Positions 36,936 to 63,560 of a stretch of DNA of 64,000 nucleotides are shown here, in pieces (position 1 is the first letter of the stretch; each line of letters starts with the position of its first letter). Origin of the DNA: Macrostomum lignano (lineage: Eukaryota); contig NIVC01003943.1 in NCBI GenBank assembly GCA_002269645.1, positions 1 to 64,000 on the forward strand, given 5' to 3'. The notes below the pieces were generated by a model that saw nothing but the letters and a program-made list of their open reading frames with translations, was not told the origin of the DNA and did not search any database. The translations under genes were made by a program, and so were the position numbers.

Positions 36936-37084
36936 CGCCCTCGCCTCACGCTTTGGCATTTCCTTTGTTTGATTTGGCGCTTGCATCGCATTGCGTGTTC
37001 CTTCCATGCGTATCTATGCCGTGATTTGTCCTTTTTGCACTGATATTGACTCACCAGTCTTCATGAATGTTTTACCAGTGTTCA

Positions 37085-37350
37085 AACGGGTTTCATTGAT
37101 TTTCACATGGGTGTCATCGGTGTTCACACAGGTTTCATCGGTGTTCACACGGGTTTCATCGGTGTTCACACGGGTTTCATCGGTGTTCACGCGGGTTTCA
37201 TCGGTGTTTACGCGGGTTTCATCGGTTTTCACGTTGGTTTCATCGGTGTTCACGCGGGTTTTATCAGTGTTCACGCGGGTTTTATCAGTGTTCACGCGGG
37301 TTTTATCAGTGTTCACGCGGGTTTTATCAGTGTTCACGTGGGTTTCATCG
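37085..37350. repeat. 21-bp minisatellite (CGGGTTTCATCGGTGTTCACA), ~12 copies
   Basis: Tandem units read directly. Confidence 0.93.
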
Positions 37351-39710
37351 ATATACGCTCGCGGGTTACGTAACTGATGCTCATGTACAAGATCTTCACG
37401 CGGACTTCATCAGTCTTAACTTAAGTTTGGTTGATGCCTTGATGGTGCTGATGGTCGCTCATTATACTCTTATATTGTAACCAAATTAACAAAAATACAT
37501 TCTGTATAAATCATTACTTCACAAAGATTTCAAAACACGGTTTATTAAAGCCACGCTTCTTATCTTCTAATTTTTTATTTTTAGTATCTGCATGCAGTGT
37601 GATGCTGGTGCCATGTAAAGGCGGAATAGCGATTAAAACGCAGATTGGACCTTGTGTGTCGTTCCTTCCTCCGTGGATGATATCAATAATAAAAGTAAAA
37701 GCCAAATGTAAGTCTGCAAATTTATAGTGCATAAACTGAGAACTAAAATTATGTAAATTGAAAGATGGTGCATGAAGCCAGAGCAGCTTAGCGGTAAAAC
37801 ACGCCTGACTTTCGCGCCACGATCCCTGTTTCGATACCGTGCGCGGCGTCGAGATACAACTGCTTTCCCAGGTACGAGTAGTACATGTACCTGAATATCT
37901 AAGTTGATGAAAGTAAAATAATGTCCGGTCTTCATCTCTTCATCATCATTGTACTTATAGTTTCCCGCGTCATACTGTTTTCTCCACGGAATTAATGAGT
38001 TTTGGCCTTGTACTCCAATGACATCCGTCACGATGAGACGTGAGTCCTCTCCTCTCGATGGTCTTCAGGTACAGTACTACACAATACATGTATATAACGT
38101 TATCCTGCCAAAAAATGCGCAGTCCGACCGAGTCTCTCGTCACGTCGAAGCTCTCATAGCTAATGCTTGCGCCTTCTCGAGCGACTCCGCGACTCAGTTT
38201 TAGTATACAGGAAGGCTTAATATTATTTGCAACTCATGCTTTACATGCTGTATATGTACTATGATCTAAGATCTAAGTATATGATGATCTAAGTATATGA
38301 TCTAAGTATATCATGTCATATTATTTAATCCAAAAGTATTCTTTGCGCTGAAGACATTAATCTATAATGCTAAACATCATTTACAACAACCAAGATCCGC
38401 TTCTGACGTTTCAACTATATATCCATGCAGATCCAGGCATACAGATTCAGGTGGTACGGGTTCGGCTTTATTGCGGCTCCTCCAGACTTTTTGCTCTATT
38501 TCTTCAATTGTTAAAATTGATTTTATAACACTTATAAATTTTTAATTTAGTCCTAAATAGCAGAAGTGTGTGAATTATCAATTTTCGTTTCCATGCAAGT
38601 TAGTTTTGTTTTAAATTTTTAATTTATGCTAACAACAGCGCTGTTATCAGTTCAATTTAAGTTATCTTTCGCAAAATAGAAAAAATAGATTAGAATAAGA
38701 ATTGCACTTTGCATTGCACCAACACAAACCGATAAATAATTCATTTTTTTGCTTTCCTAATAATTTTTGTAGGTGCAAGATATCGAAATAAGTTGTGCCA
38801 CAACCAATTTTACCACTAATGAATTGTTTCCTGGCGTCTTAGCCTTCATATGTGTTAAATTTTTTATTTTCTTTTTTCGACACGCATTCGATTACAATTT
38901 CGCTTTGATAACTTGCCGAAACTGTATGAAGTAAAATAGTATACAGTGCAGCATGAATTTTAATCACATATATTTAGCAGGGTTTCAAAACAAATTTGAA
39001 AAATTAATGCTGCATTTTATTTTAAAAAGTAAATACGTTAGCAGAATAAAAAATTGAAAACATAAATCATACAGCATACATGACAATGACATATTTAGTT
39101 TTAAACTTTCAGGGGCTAAAAAGGTTGAGAAAAGCGGTTGAGCCGCTTTTCTGAAATCGATCACATACCTAGCAACCTAGATGTCAAAAAAACAATTTTA
39201 GTATATGGACAGGTGTTAAAAATTGATTATCTCATAAAAATCTGTGGTAAAATTTCTTTTAAAGTAGCAGCTTTGTTTTAAAGATGAAGATGGTTTTACT
39301 GTAGGTGTAGATAGTGCAACAGGAATTTGAAGCTGTAAGAAATTAGCACCTGACATCTCTCCATCATTTTATTTGCTTTTTTATTTTTTCCGATGTGCCC
39401 CTTTGTGTAAACAAAAAAATATATTTATACATCTCCTAGTTAATTTTTTGTTTGGATACTTCTTTTTTGTGAAATGAAATTCGTGACTTTTGCAAAAAAA
39501 TTATGTTTCAAGTTTTACCATAATATATATTTAGCCTTGAGTATACTTTTAAGATAGGACAATTATATTCAGAAGGCTTGATATTTTTGACTAATGATAT
39601 AACACATTTTATGCTCTGTTATACAAAAAGAAATTCAAAATGAAAAGAAATGAATGAATGGCCCCCTAAAAGCATCGCTCGCCCTTTCAGCCAGCTGCGC
39701 CCATTCCATC

Positions 39711-53322
<13,612 letters not shown>

Positions 53323-54109
53323 AGACTACAAAACTTTGCCCCGAAAGCAAACTTTCAATATTTTTTGCTCCAGATTCAGGACACCTCAGATGCCAATTAT
53401 CTAACTGCTTTGTACCTCTCATTAACGTTAATCAGACACTACTCTGGAATCTGTTAATAGCGTGTGATATCAGCGTAAGCATCCTTACTGCCCTTCAGCG
53501 TCCCCGGCTGGCTCGCAAAGCATCTGGGGACAAGGAAAGTACAAGATCAAATATTTATTAGCTTCACAATGCTCTAGAGCTGACAACTGCGCAACCTGTG
53601 TAAACAGTCGCACGCACCTTGATATACCTTTAATAAAATGATTTTGCACCAAGGTTGAGTCGGATGTATTAAGCATGGATTGCAATATTTTGCACAACTT
53701 TATAATTCGATGTAGAATGATGGCTGCGCCAAAAATAGCACAGTACATGACACGGAATTCCCACTTACCTGAAACCTGTTTTGATTTATTTTTTGAACTA
53801 AATAAAAATTAACATATTGTCTGCCCTTGTCTCTTGTTACTACAACTTTCGCACTTATGCAATCATTCTTGTTATTCATTTAAATCGAAAAAATAAAAAA
53901 ACTGGGATTATTCTGTTGTGTCCCGAGACGGACCAGCCGGCTTCGTCTCGCGCTCCGTACGAGCAGGGAGACTCAGCCCCAGTCCTGCTGCTTGCCAACC
54001 CGCTGTCGCACAAACGCGCAGGCAGTAGGCCGGCAACCAGGGTCGCAGCGAACGCACAGGCCCTGGTGACGATGTCCTACTGGCACTAGACCCCCTAATA
54101 GCAGAAGCA

Positions 54110-55190
54110 GGACGATACTTACGGTGGCACAGGTTGCTCAACTTGGTGCTCTAGGCGTCTCTGTGTAACTACGATGTGTAACTGTGTAACTCTGTCTCTG
54201 GCAACCTGCTCGGTGTTGGATCTGCCCGGGCGGAAGCCGCTTTGGAGGCTCAGCAGCAGCGGGTTGAGGCCAGGCAAGAGGCAGTTGCGCAGAGTTGTGT
54301 TCAGCAGCTTAAGCGTTGTGCATTCTAGCGCGATGCCCCGCTGGTTGTCCATTGGAGATGCACCATTGCTGAGGAACTGAAGCGGAATCGTTGCCTCTAA
54401 AGCTGCAGTGCTGGTTCAGCAAACTGGTGATGATTGGGGCAATGGCGAGTTGAAGGCACCAGCAACAATCATGACAGAGTCACGAGCAGGGATGGAATCA
54501 AGCATGCAGCCCAGAGTGTTGTAAAGGATCTTCGCAGGTCCGGGGGCCGTTGGAGCATAGGCTCTGCGACGAGGGCGCCCGTGCTGGGCTGCTGGTGAAT
54601 GCTCAAATGACGGAGGCGCTGCGCGGAGGCACGAATACCGCCCCAACTCTCACGCTCCCTATAGGAGACCGCATCGCGGTGTGCGAGGACTCCTGGTGAT
54701 GAACCGCCCCGAAGCGATTGTCTCCGACAGGAGGAACCAGAGGAACCACCTGAAGGTGCGCCTGTTCCGCGCGGCCGTCGAGGCGATCCTCCTGTACGGC
54801 ATGGAGGCTGTGCCGCTGACCGAGACGCGAGAGCGAGCCCTGGACGCGCTCTACCGATCGCTGCTGCGCTACGCGCTCTACCGATCGCTGCTGCGCTACG
54901 CGCTGGGCGTGCACTACCCAGAGCGCCTGTCGACCAACACTCTGATGTCCCGCGCTGGAACTCCGCCCCTGAGCGCTACCCTGCGCCGGCGCCGTCAGAT
55001 GCTTCTGGGCCACTGCCTACGGACTCTGGGTCGCGGTGCACCCGTTTCTTTGGCCCTGCTGCACCGGCCGACCGAGCAGTTGCGCCGCGGCCAGGCCCGC
55101 ACTGCAGCTCTGACTGACTGCCTCATCGCTGACTTGCAGGCGCTTGAGCTGAGCCCCTCAGGCTGCTGCTGCCTGCCCCTTCCGCCTGTT
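54110..55190. mobile_element. Rearranged RTE-clade LINE remnant (5' part inverted and deleted)
   Basis: Minus strand: endonuclease fragments YAPT and VAGAFN (54416-54600) and RT fragment GIAL..KLLN..LQSGFRPGRSNTEQ (54119-54352). Plus strand: post-RT LKVRLFRAAVEAILLYG..LRYALGVHYPERLS..RRRQMLLGHCLR (54681-55100). Confidence 0.75.
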
Positions 55191-55294
55191 CTGCAAGCGC
55201 GTGCCCGCAAGGGGCCTCCCCTCTGCGTCCTAATATCAATATTTATATATACGCTCGTATTTCAATATTTTATTGAACAGGTAACAGCGGATGG

Positions 55295-55510
55295 GGTCCC
55301 AGCTGCAGCAGGGGCGCCAGTTACAGCGTGGGCGCCAGCTACAGCGGGGGCGCCAGTTACAGCGTGGGTGCCAGCTACAGCGGGGCGCCTTCTACAGCGG
55401 GGCGCCTTCTACAGCGGGGCGCCAGCTACAGCGGGGCGCCAGCTACAGCGGGGTGCCAGCTACAGCGGATGGGGGTGCCAGTTACAGTGGGGGGCGCCAG
55501 CTACAGCGGG
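55295..55510. repeat. ~19-bp degenerate minisatellite (AGCTACAGCGGGGGCGCC)
   Basis: Read directly. Confidence 0.85.
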
Positions 55511-56147
55511 GGAGCCACCCTCCGCTTGTGCAACCTCTAATCCAGAGGTAATCAGTCTAGAGAGCGGAATTAATTAAAATTTTGCCTAAGTCATTGCAAT
55601 ACAAGACGATCACTCGTAGACGGTTTTTTCCCGACAACTGAATATAATTTTATTTGCCACAAGGAATTAATTTAAATGGAATGAAATAGTTGCACTATAC
55701 TACCTTCAAATACAAAGTAGATCCATTTCTTGTTTCTGGAGCTGAAGCCTTACAAATAATTTAGTTTATACAATCAGAGCTGTAAAATTATTTTTTATTG
55801 ACAAAAAAGTTTCTTGAACACTAGTTTTGATTAATTATATTACACATGTTGTTTTGGCATTTCTATGTCATTCGTTCATTCATTTCAGTTTTAGTCTACC
55901 CAAGGGAATTCCCTTTTTAGACCCATGCCACGCAAGCAGCTCGCTATCGTCCAATGAGATGAGAGGAATCATTCCATTCCTCAAGGTCACAGTGAACTTG
56001 GCGTCAAATCCCTATTATACTGAGGTTCGTGTGGACTGTGGAGAGTTTTGAATGTGAACTGCAGAGCAGACACGTTTGCTTTTCCACTTAATTCTTACAA
56101 AACGACAACAGGAATCAGGATATTAATTATTAGAACACTATACAGAA

Positions 56148-56672
56148 ATGGGTTATAAGAAATATAGTCCATTTTGCAAATCTATAAAGATTTTGCTACT
56201 ACTTTCTTTTATGTACTTTACAACAAGACTGGATGCAATTGGCATTGATCTATCCAAGCCCAAGATACCGGTTACAATGAACGAATTCGACTATAACAGT
56301 AAGTTTTTCCGGTCGCAATTTATTATTTTTACTTCTCATTTGATCTTAAAATTTGTATTTGCATTATTGTAAGATTCATATAGTCATTTGATTTTCATCC
56401 TTTGACTTGTTATCAAGTCAAGATAATAATTAAGGCATATTATATTGTGCAAAAGCAGCAAAACATTAACAAGTGTTACTTCAGTCTATTATTTTCATTA
56501 TTATGTAAATAATAAAAAATCGCTAAATTTTCAGAGCTACCAGTTTATTGCGAAGGCAGCACAAATCACTTTCCATGCAAGGCTGAAAACGGCGAAGTCT
56601 ACTGTCTACCCAACTCCTTGAAATGCCGAATGAAGTGCACTAACGATGCCGACTTTAAATGTGAACACTCTG
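56148..56672 (+). CDS. Two spliced exons (56148-56298, 56535-56672) encoding a signal-peptide-like leader and a 6-Cys module
   Basis: ATG 56148 with hydrophobic ILLLLSFMYF; donor AACA|GTAAGT; acceptor TTTTCAG|AG; phase 1-1 exon LPVYCEGSTNHFPCKAENGEVYCLPNSLKCRMKCTNDADFKCEHS; donor G|GTGAGT. Confidence 0.55.
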
Positions 56673-57410
56673 GTGAGTACTTTTTGAATATTCGATTTAC
56701 AAATGCTATTCAGATAGTTAGGCAATAGGCATTGTCACAACAGACTTGTTTTGTTGTTTTTGCTGAGAACTTGGGCCGAACTGGCAAACTCAAAGCGGGA
56801 AATAAAAACATTATTATCTGCTTCTTTAAGTTTGCCAATAATACTAATAGATAAAACAGTTAAGTGCACATTTTTATTAACATTGCCTTGAATGAATGTA
56901 AGCGATACGGACGGCCTACTTTGTTAAAAAATCGCCGCGGAAGTGCAGAATGGAACGGAGTCAAGTCAGAGAGATAAGAGATCGGATAGATAAAGTGACC
57001 AATTTATTTAACTGCCCTCCAAACTTGAGCTGAGACCCCACCTCACCGTGAACCCACCCCCTTGCGCCCGCCCTGTCTGCAATGTCAGTACAATGAATGA
57101 ATTCACTTATAATGAAACTGGGCTTGCGGCTTTCATTTAAAAGCTTAAATGATTGCGCAAAATATTCAAGGCTCAATTCAATTAACTGCAAATGCTGAGC
57201 AAGGGCATATTGTTTAGGGAATTAGGGGGGGGGGGGCTGCGGAGCAAATTGGCGCGCGCATGTGGGGCGGCGCCTTTAATCCTTTGCTCTCTGATTCTCA
57301 CTGTCGATTGCGCGCAATAAACAAAATCAATCGCCTTTATAAACTGCACCGGTCTCAGTCGCCTTTGTTATAGTAGAGCAAATTCTGTCTATCTTACTCA
57401 ATCGCAAAAT

Positions 57411-59855
57411 ATGAAAGCATTGGCATCGCTGACTCTGTTAGCACTGCTGGCCTCCGTTGCAGCCACGGACTGCAAGCCCGGCCAGTTCGCCTGCAAAAAG
57501 TCCAACGCCACCGACTCGCTGATTTGCATCCCGGACGAGAGCCTGTGCGACGGCCTGGTCCACTGTCCCGACAAGGATGATGAAAACCTCGGCATGTGCA
57601 GCAAGCGCACCTGCGATTCCGCACTTCAGTTTGCCTGCAAGTCTCCCGGGCACTGCATCCCAATCGGCCGCAAGTGCGACGGCTCATTCGACTGCAAACG
57701 CCCCGGCCTTGACGATAAGTCCGACGAGCAGAACTGTCACGCTACCAACAAGCAGCTGATGCTGACGCAGACCGCCTGCGGCACTGGGCAGTTTGCCTGC
57801 CACAGTGGCGATCACTGCATCAGCAAGGAGTTCCACTGCGACGGTTTCAAAGACTGCCTCGACGGGTCTGACGAATTCAACTGCAAAATCGGATGCACCA
57901 AGAACGAATTCGAGTGCGACGGCCGCTGCGTTGATAAGAAGCTGATTTGCGACGGCAAGCTGGACTGCGAAGATCATTCGGACGAATCCTCGTGCAAGTA
58001 CAGCGAGTGCACGTTCTCTTCGGAGTTCAAGTGCCGCAACAGCAACAAGTGCGTCTCCAAGAGCTTCCTGTGCGACACCAACAACGACTGCGACACTGGC
58101 GACGACGAGGTGTGCCCGGCCGGCCACCAAGTGTGCAAGGACCCCAACTATTGGACCTGCCTGTCCGGCAAATACTGCGTGCCCTTAGCCAACCGGTGCG
58201 ACTCTCTGGTCCACTGTCCTGACGGCAGCGACGAGATGGACTGTCCGACCGTCGTGCCTCCGCCTGGCAAGACCGTGTGCGCTCCCGGCTACCACCTGTG
58301 CAACGGAACCCGGACCTGCGTCGACACCATGGCTGCCTGCGCCGGCAACGCCCGCTGCCCGCAGCCGGACTCTGAGCTGCACGAAATCTGCCGCAACCAT
58401 CACAACGCCCAGAGTCCCTGTCACAGCAACAACGGCGGCTGCGAACAGCTGTGCGAGCCCTTCCTGATCAATAACAAAGTGATGCCACGCTGCTACTGCC
58501 ATTCCGGCTACCAGAGCTCGCCTGACCAGCCTCACCGCTGCATCGACATCAACGAGTGCGAGGAGTTCGGCTTATGCGACCAGCTGTGCACCAACACGAT
58601 TGGCAGCTACAAGTGCTCATGCCGGCCTGGATACACCTTGTTCGGCTCCACCTGCAAGGCGCACGGCTCAGTCAAGCTGCTGTACAGCACCGATTCGCAC
58701 ATCGAGTACATGGATTTCGATTCCCATCAGCGAATTAAAGTACACAACGAATATTACGTGAAGTACCTGTCATACGACTACGCCAACAAGCGCATTTTCT
58801 ATCACGACCGAGCGGGCAACGTTGGCTCTGTGGGGATTGGCGGCTCCGACGAGCGGATCATCCTCAACTACACAGTCATCGACGCCATCGCCTACGACTG
58901 GACCCGCGGCCTGCTGTTTTACACTCGCCCTAAAAACATATTCGTTGACAATGACAGCGGCTACATCGGCGTTATCAACGTCACCTCCGGCCGGCAGGCC
59001 GTCGTTCGTGTACTCGACTGTCCCAGAGGCCTGGTCCTTGATCCCGAGCTGTTCACCGTCTACTTCACCATGTGGTGCGGCCAACAGCCGGGCATCTACA
59101 GCATGCGCATGGACGGCAGCGAGTTCCGCCTGCTGTTCAATCCCAGCACGCTACCTGGCTACTTGGCCATCGACACGGCGCAGAGTCCCGCCCGGCTGTA
59201 CTGGACCGACGTGCGTCACAACGGTATCTACAGCGCCAACGTCAAAGGCCGCGATATGCGCGTCCACTTGCGCACCGGCAAGTACCACGACCTGGCGGTC
59301 TTCGAGGACAAGCTGTACATGACGCATTTGCACGAGGGCCGGCTGTACCAAACCAACAAGTTTGTTCCGGAATCGCCAATAGAGATGCTGAACATCTCCT
59401 CGAACTCCATGCTAGCCGTGAGCGTTTATCACTCGCTGATGCAGCCTCGGCCTCGCGGCCAGCTGCCGCAGTGTGATTGTCAGCACATCTGCCTGGCGCC
59501 GCCGTCTGGAAAAGCTACCTGCCTGTGCGACATCAACTACCGAGCTGAGTCCAATGGCAACTCAACAAATTGCGTTGCCAAGCCCGGTCGTGGCCGTCTG
59601 TCCGGCCCTCTGACGCCGTCTCTGGAGCAGCTGGGCAGCGCGGACGCCGACAGGGAGGCGGACAACCAGCAGCCGGCAGAGGCTCGCGTCGGCTCCATCG
59701 CCGGCATCGTCATTGGCGCCCTCTGCGTCTGCCTAATCCTCGGCGTGGCCCTGGCCATGTACTGCCTGCGCGTCCAGGACAGACAGTCCATCAGCCTGGT
59801 CGGCGAGCCTGGCGGCGGCATGCCGAAAGTGAGCTCGGTGAGCGCAATTTCTTAG
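57411..59855 (+). CDS. LDL-receptor family protein (LDLR/VLDLR/lipophorin-receptor-like architecture)
   Basis: Signal peptide, 7 LDLa repeats (the seventh degenerate), 2 EGF (DINECEEFGLCDQLCTNTIGSYKCSC calcium-binding), YWTD propeller (LSYDY, IAYDW, LYWTD), third EGF, TM IAGIVIGALCVCLILGVALAMYCL. The tail probably continues after donor-like GTGAGC at 59829 or 59838. Confidence 0.93.
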   Translation: MKALASLTLLALLASVAATDCKPGQFACKKSNATDSLICIPDESLCDGLVHCPDKDDENLGMCSKRTCDSALQFACKSPGHCIPIGRKCDGSFDCKRPGLDDKSDEQNCHATNKQLMLTQTACGTGQFACHSGDHCISKEFHCDGFKDCLDGSDEFNCKIGCTKNEFECDGRCVDKKLICDGKLDCEDHSDESSCKYSECTFSSEFKCRNSNKCVSKSFLCDTNNDCDTGDDEVCPAGHQVCKDPNYWTCLSGKYCVPLANRCDSLVHCPDGSDEMDCPTVVPPPGKTVCAPGYHLCNGTRTCVDTMAACAGNARCPQPDSELHEICRNHHNAQSPCHSNNGGCEQLCEPFLINNKVMPRCYCHSGYQSSPDQPHRCIDINECEEFGLCDQLCTNTIGSYKCSCRPGYTLFGSTCKAHGSVKLLYSTDSHIEYMDFDSHQRIKVHNEYYVKYLSYDYANKRIFYHDRAGNVGSVGIGGSDERIILNYTVIDAIAYDWTRGLLFYTRPKNIFVDNDSGYIGVINVTSGRQAVVRVLDCPRGLVLDPELFTVYFTMWCGQQPGIYSMRMDGSEFRLLFNPSTLPGYLAIDTAQSPARLYWTDVRHNGIYSANVKGRDMRVHLRTGKYHDLAVFEDKLYMTHLHEGRLYQTNKFVPESPIEMLNISSNSMLAVSVYHSLMQPRPRGQLPQCDCQHICLAPPSGKATCLCDINYRAESNGNSTNCVAKPGRGRLSGPLTPSLEQLGSADADREADNQQPAEARVGSIAGIVIGALCVCLILGVALAMYCLRVQDRQSISLVGEPGGGMPKVSSVSAIS

Positions 59856-61454
59856 TTGCTCTTTATTTTACTTATTAGATGACGAGGCATTGTCTTTAAT
59901 CTTAAATTTCATAGTTGCTCTCGCCGTTTACCATTTTCTAGTTATTTAGCCTATAGCATCTTATTCAACTGACTGCTGACTAATGAATGACAGCTAGTGC
60001 TAAAGTGCATTTTAAGACGGGCAAAACAAGTGACGCTCAAACTCGCCCAGAGGGGTGCTCGCTTTTATTGTTCCACTTGTCAGTCTTTCATTTTTTCAAA
60101 ACGGCCGCGTTCATTCTTAACATGCAGCAGAACTCTTGTACGAGTTGGAGTGGGAATGACTGTGCAAAAGCTCTCTTAGTTTATTAGCATCAGCCAAGCC
60201 AGCCAGTTTGCTAAAGGCGCGGTCGTCGCGCCTCACGCCACCGCCCGCCACGCGTCTTGGAGAGAGCGGTGGAGAGAGCCAGCCAAGCCTAACATTCAGC
60301 TGAACTGAACTGGGCCAGTGCGCGTGGGTGGGGCGGGAGTACCGGAGTTCGCGAAACGCCCGCTCCGCTTGCCGGCCAGACAGTGTGGTCCCACCAGAGT
60401 GCGCAAGCAGTGTACTTAGGCTGGGGCGGGGTGTGTCACGTGAACGGCCTTGAGTCTCGCCACTGGGGGGCCGCGCCCCAGTCTCCTCGATACTTACTGC
60501 AATACTGCTTGAAGCCTTCATTGGGTGTGGCCGTCTGCCGGCCTTGGCTGCCCTCTTTGTCCGCCGTGTTTTCTGCCTCTGTCCTCCTCTTATGCAGACT
60601 GGCTGACTGACAGCCGCTTGCTGGGTCATGTGATGCGGAGTTTCTGTTTTTTTCCTAACTAAGAGTGCACCTGCCGTTGCATTGCAGAAAACTCCGCTGA
60701 CCGAGTGCGAGATTAACGTCGAGTAAGGCTCCAACCCGATTGGCAACAGTCGCGACCGGTTATGACTGCTTTAAGAGGCTCGCAACTGAAGGCGCTGGAT
60801 GGCCGAGTTATCCCGATGTGTTTTCTGTAGTGACTTTAGTACGAACCTCGCTTGCGAGGCCAGCTCAGTAGTTAGTGTTGTCGCGCCCTTTCCGCCACCT
60901 GTTTTTGCCATTTTTGCTCCTATTATTTTTGAGCGAACTGATTGACATGCAGCAAACAATTCTGCACCTGTGCGGCACTAATCAATCAATCCAATAGGCA
61001 TGTAGCGTCTTATCTACCTTTCTAGGCTTTCTATTGTTTTCCAATCTAAATATTCCGGAGAATTCCGGGAATTCTTTGCTGTTGTGAAGTGCACCTGTAT
61101 AATATTTTACCTGAGTTTGGTAAAATACCTCAGTTTTTTCCTTTTGTTCGATTTAGCAATTGCAACTTTTGTTTTTGCCATTTCTTTAATTAAATACAAA
61201 ATATGATGAATCGGTTTTCGTTTAATATATTGTTTTTGCTTGTTAGATTTCGCACTGTTCGAATTTGCAGAACTATAATTTCCTATTCATCTCCCTTATT
61301 TGTTTCGAATTGGAGCATCGAATTCAAATCTCAAATTTGCGTAGAGTAACTATAAAGATAAACATTTTGAATTGAAACCTGTTATTGAAATATAGAAAAC
61401 TACATGTACTGTCTGTGATCGGAGGCTCGAAGACTTTCAAGCACAAAATCCTCT

Positions 61455-63560
61455 GCTGTCATCTATCAATCACAGATAATCATGTAACAATCACGAGAGG
61501 ATCGTCTATCAACCACACAGAAAATCTTCTATCAACCACACAGAATCATCTATCAATCACAGAATTATCTATCAATCACAGAGAATCATCTAGCAACCAC
61601 AGAGAATCATCTATCAATCACAGAGAATCATCTATCAATCACAGAGAATCATCTATCAATCACAGAGAATCATCTATCAACCACAGAATCATCTATCAAT
61701 CACAGAATATCTATCAAGTACAGAGAATCATCTAGCAACCACACAGAATCATCTATCAATCACAGAATATCTATCAATCACAGAATATCTATCAATCACA
61801 GAGAATCATCTATCAACCACACAGAAACATCTATCAACCACACAGAATCATCTATCAACCACAGAATCATCTATCAATCACAGAAAATCTATCAATCACA
61901 GAGAATCATCTAGCAACCACACAGAATCATCTATCAATCACAGAATATCTATCAATCACAGAATATCTATCAAGCACAGAGAATCATCTAGCAACCACAC
62001 AGAATCATCTATCAATCACAGAGAATCATCTATCAATCACAGAGAATCATCTATCAACCACACAGAATCATCTATCAACCACACAGAATCATCTATCAAC
62101 CACAGAATCATCTATCAATCACAGAATATCTATCAAGCACAGAGAATCATCTAGCAACCACACAGAATCATCTATCAATCACAGAGAATCATCTATCAAT
62201 CACAGAGAATCATCTATCAATCACAGAGAATCATCTATCAACCACACAGAATCATCTATCAATCACAGAATTATCTATCAATCACAGAGAATCATCTAGC
62301 AACCACACAGAATCATCTATCAACCACAGAGAATCATCTATCAATCACAGAGAATCATCTATCAACCACACAGAATCATCTATCAACCACACAGAATCAT
62401 CTATCAACCACAGAATCATCTATCAATCACAGAATATCTATCAAGCACACAGAATCATCTATCAATCACAGAGAATCATCTATCAATCACACAGAATCAT
62501 CTATCAAGCACACAGAATCATCTATCAATCACAGAGAATCATCTATCAAGCACACAGAATCATCTATCAATCACACAGAATCATCTATCAAGCACACAGA
62601 ATCATCTATCAATCACAGAATATCTATCAAGCACACAGAATCATCTATCAATCACAGAATATCTATCAAGCACACAGAATCATCTATCAATCACAGAGAA
62701 TCATCTATCAATCACAGAGAATCATCTATCAACCACACAGAATCATCTATCAACCACACAGAATCATCTATCAACCACAGAATCATCTATCAATCACAGA
62801 ATATCTATCAAGCACAGAGAATCATCTGTCAAGCACACAGAGAATCATGTGTCAATCGCAGAGTATCATCTATCAATCACAGAGAATCATCTATCAATCA
62901 CAGAGAATCATCTATCAATCACAGAGAATCATCTATCAATCACAGAGAATCATCTATCAATCACAGAGAATCATCTAGCAACCACACAGAATCATCTATC
63001 AACCACACAGAATCATCTATCAACCACAGAATCATCTATCAATCACAGAATATCTATCAAGCACAGAGAATCATCTAGCAACCACACAGAATCATCTATC
63101 AATCACAGAGAATCATCTATCAATCACAGAGAATCATCTATTAATCACAGAAAATCATCTGTCAAGCACAGAGAATCATGTGTCAATCGCAGAGTATCAT
63201 CTATCAATCACAGAGAATCATCTATCAATCACAGAGAATAATCTATCAATCACAGAGAATCATCTATCAATCACAGAGAATTATCTGTCAACCACACGGA
63301 CAATAATTTGTCAACCACACAGAGAATCATCTATCAATCACAGAATCGCACCACAGAGAATCACAGAAAATCACAGAGAATCATCTATCAATCACAGAAT
63401 CGCACCACAGAGAATCACAGAAAATCACAGAGAATCATCTATCAATCACAGAGAATCATCTATTAACAACTGAGAATCATCTGTCAATCACAGAGTCATC
63501 CATCAATCACAGAGAATCATCTATCAATCACAGAGAATCATCCGTCAATCGCAAAAGAGA
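61455..63560. repeat. Complex ~19-21-bp minisatellite (AGAATCATCTATCAAYCAC(AG)) with higher-order blocks
   Basis: Roughly 100 variable units read directly. Confidence 0.96.

Noticed and set aside
37500-39600. Possible MULE-like transposase remnant (R..P.PP-like segment near 38400-38500, minus strand)
   Set aside because: Similarity too weak, many stops, no TIR found.
60117-60746. 209-aa minus-strand ORF
   Set aside because: Low-complexity Ser/Arg/Pro content expected from GC-rich DNA, with no domain; may be a promoter/UTR or an unrecognised exon.
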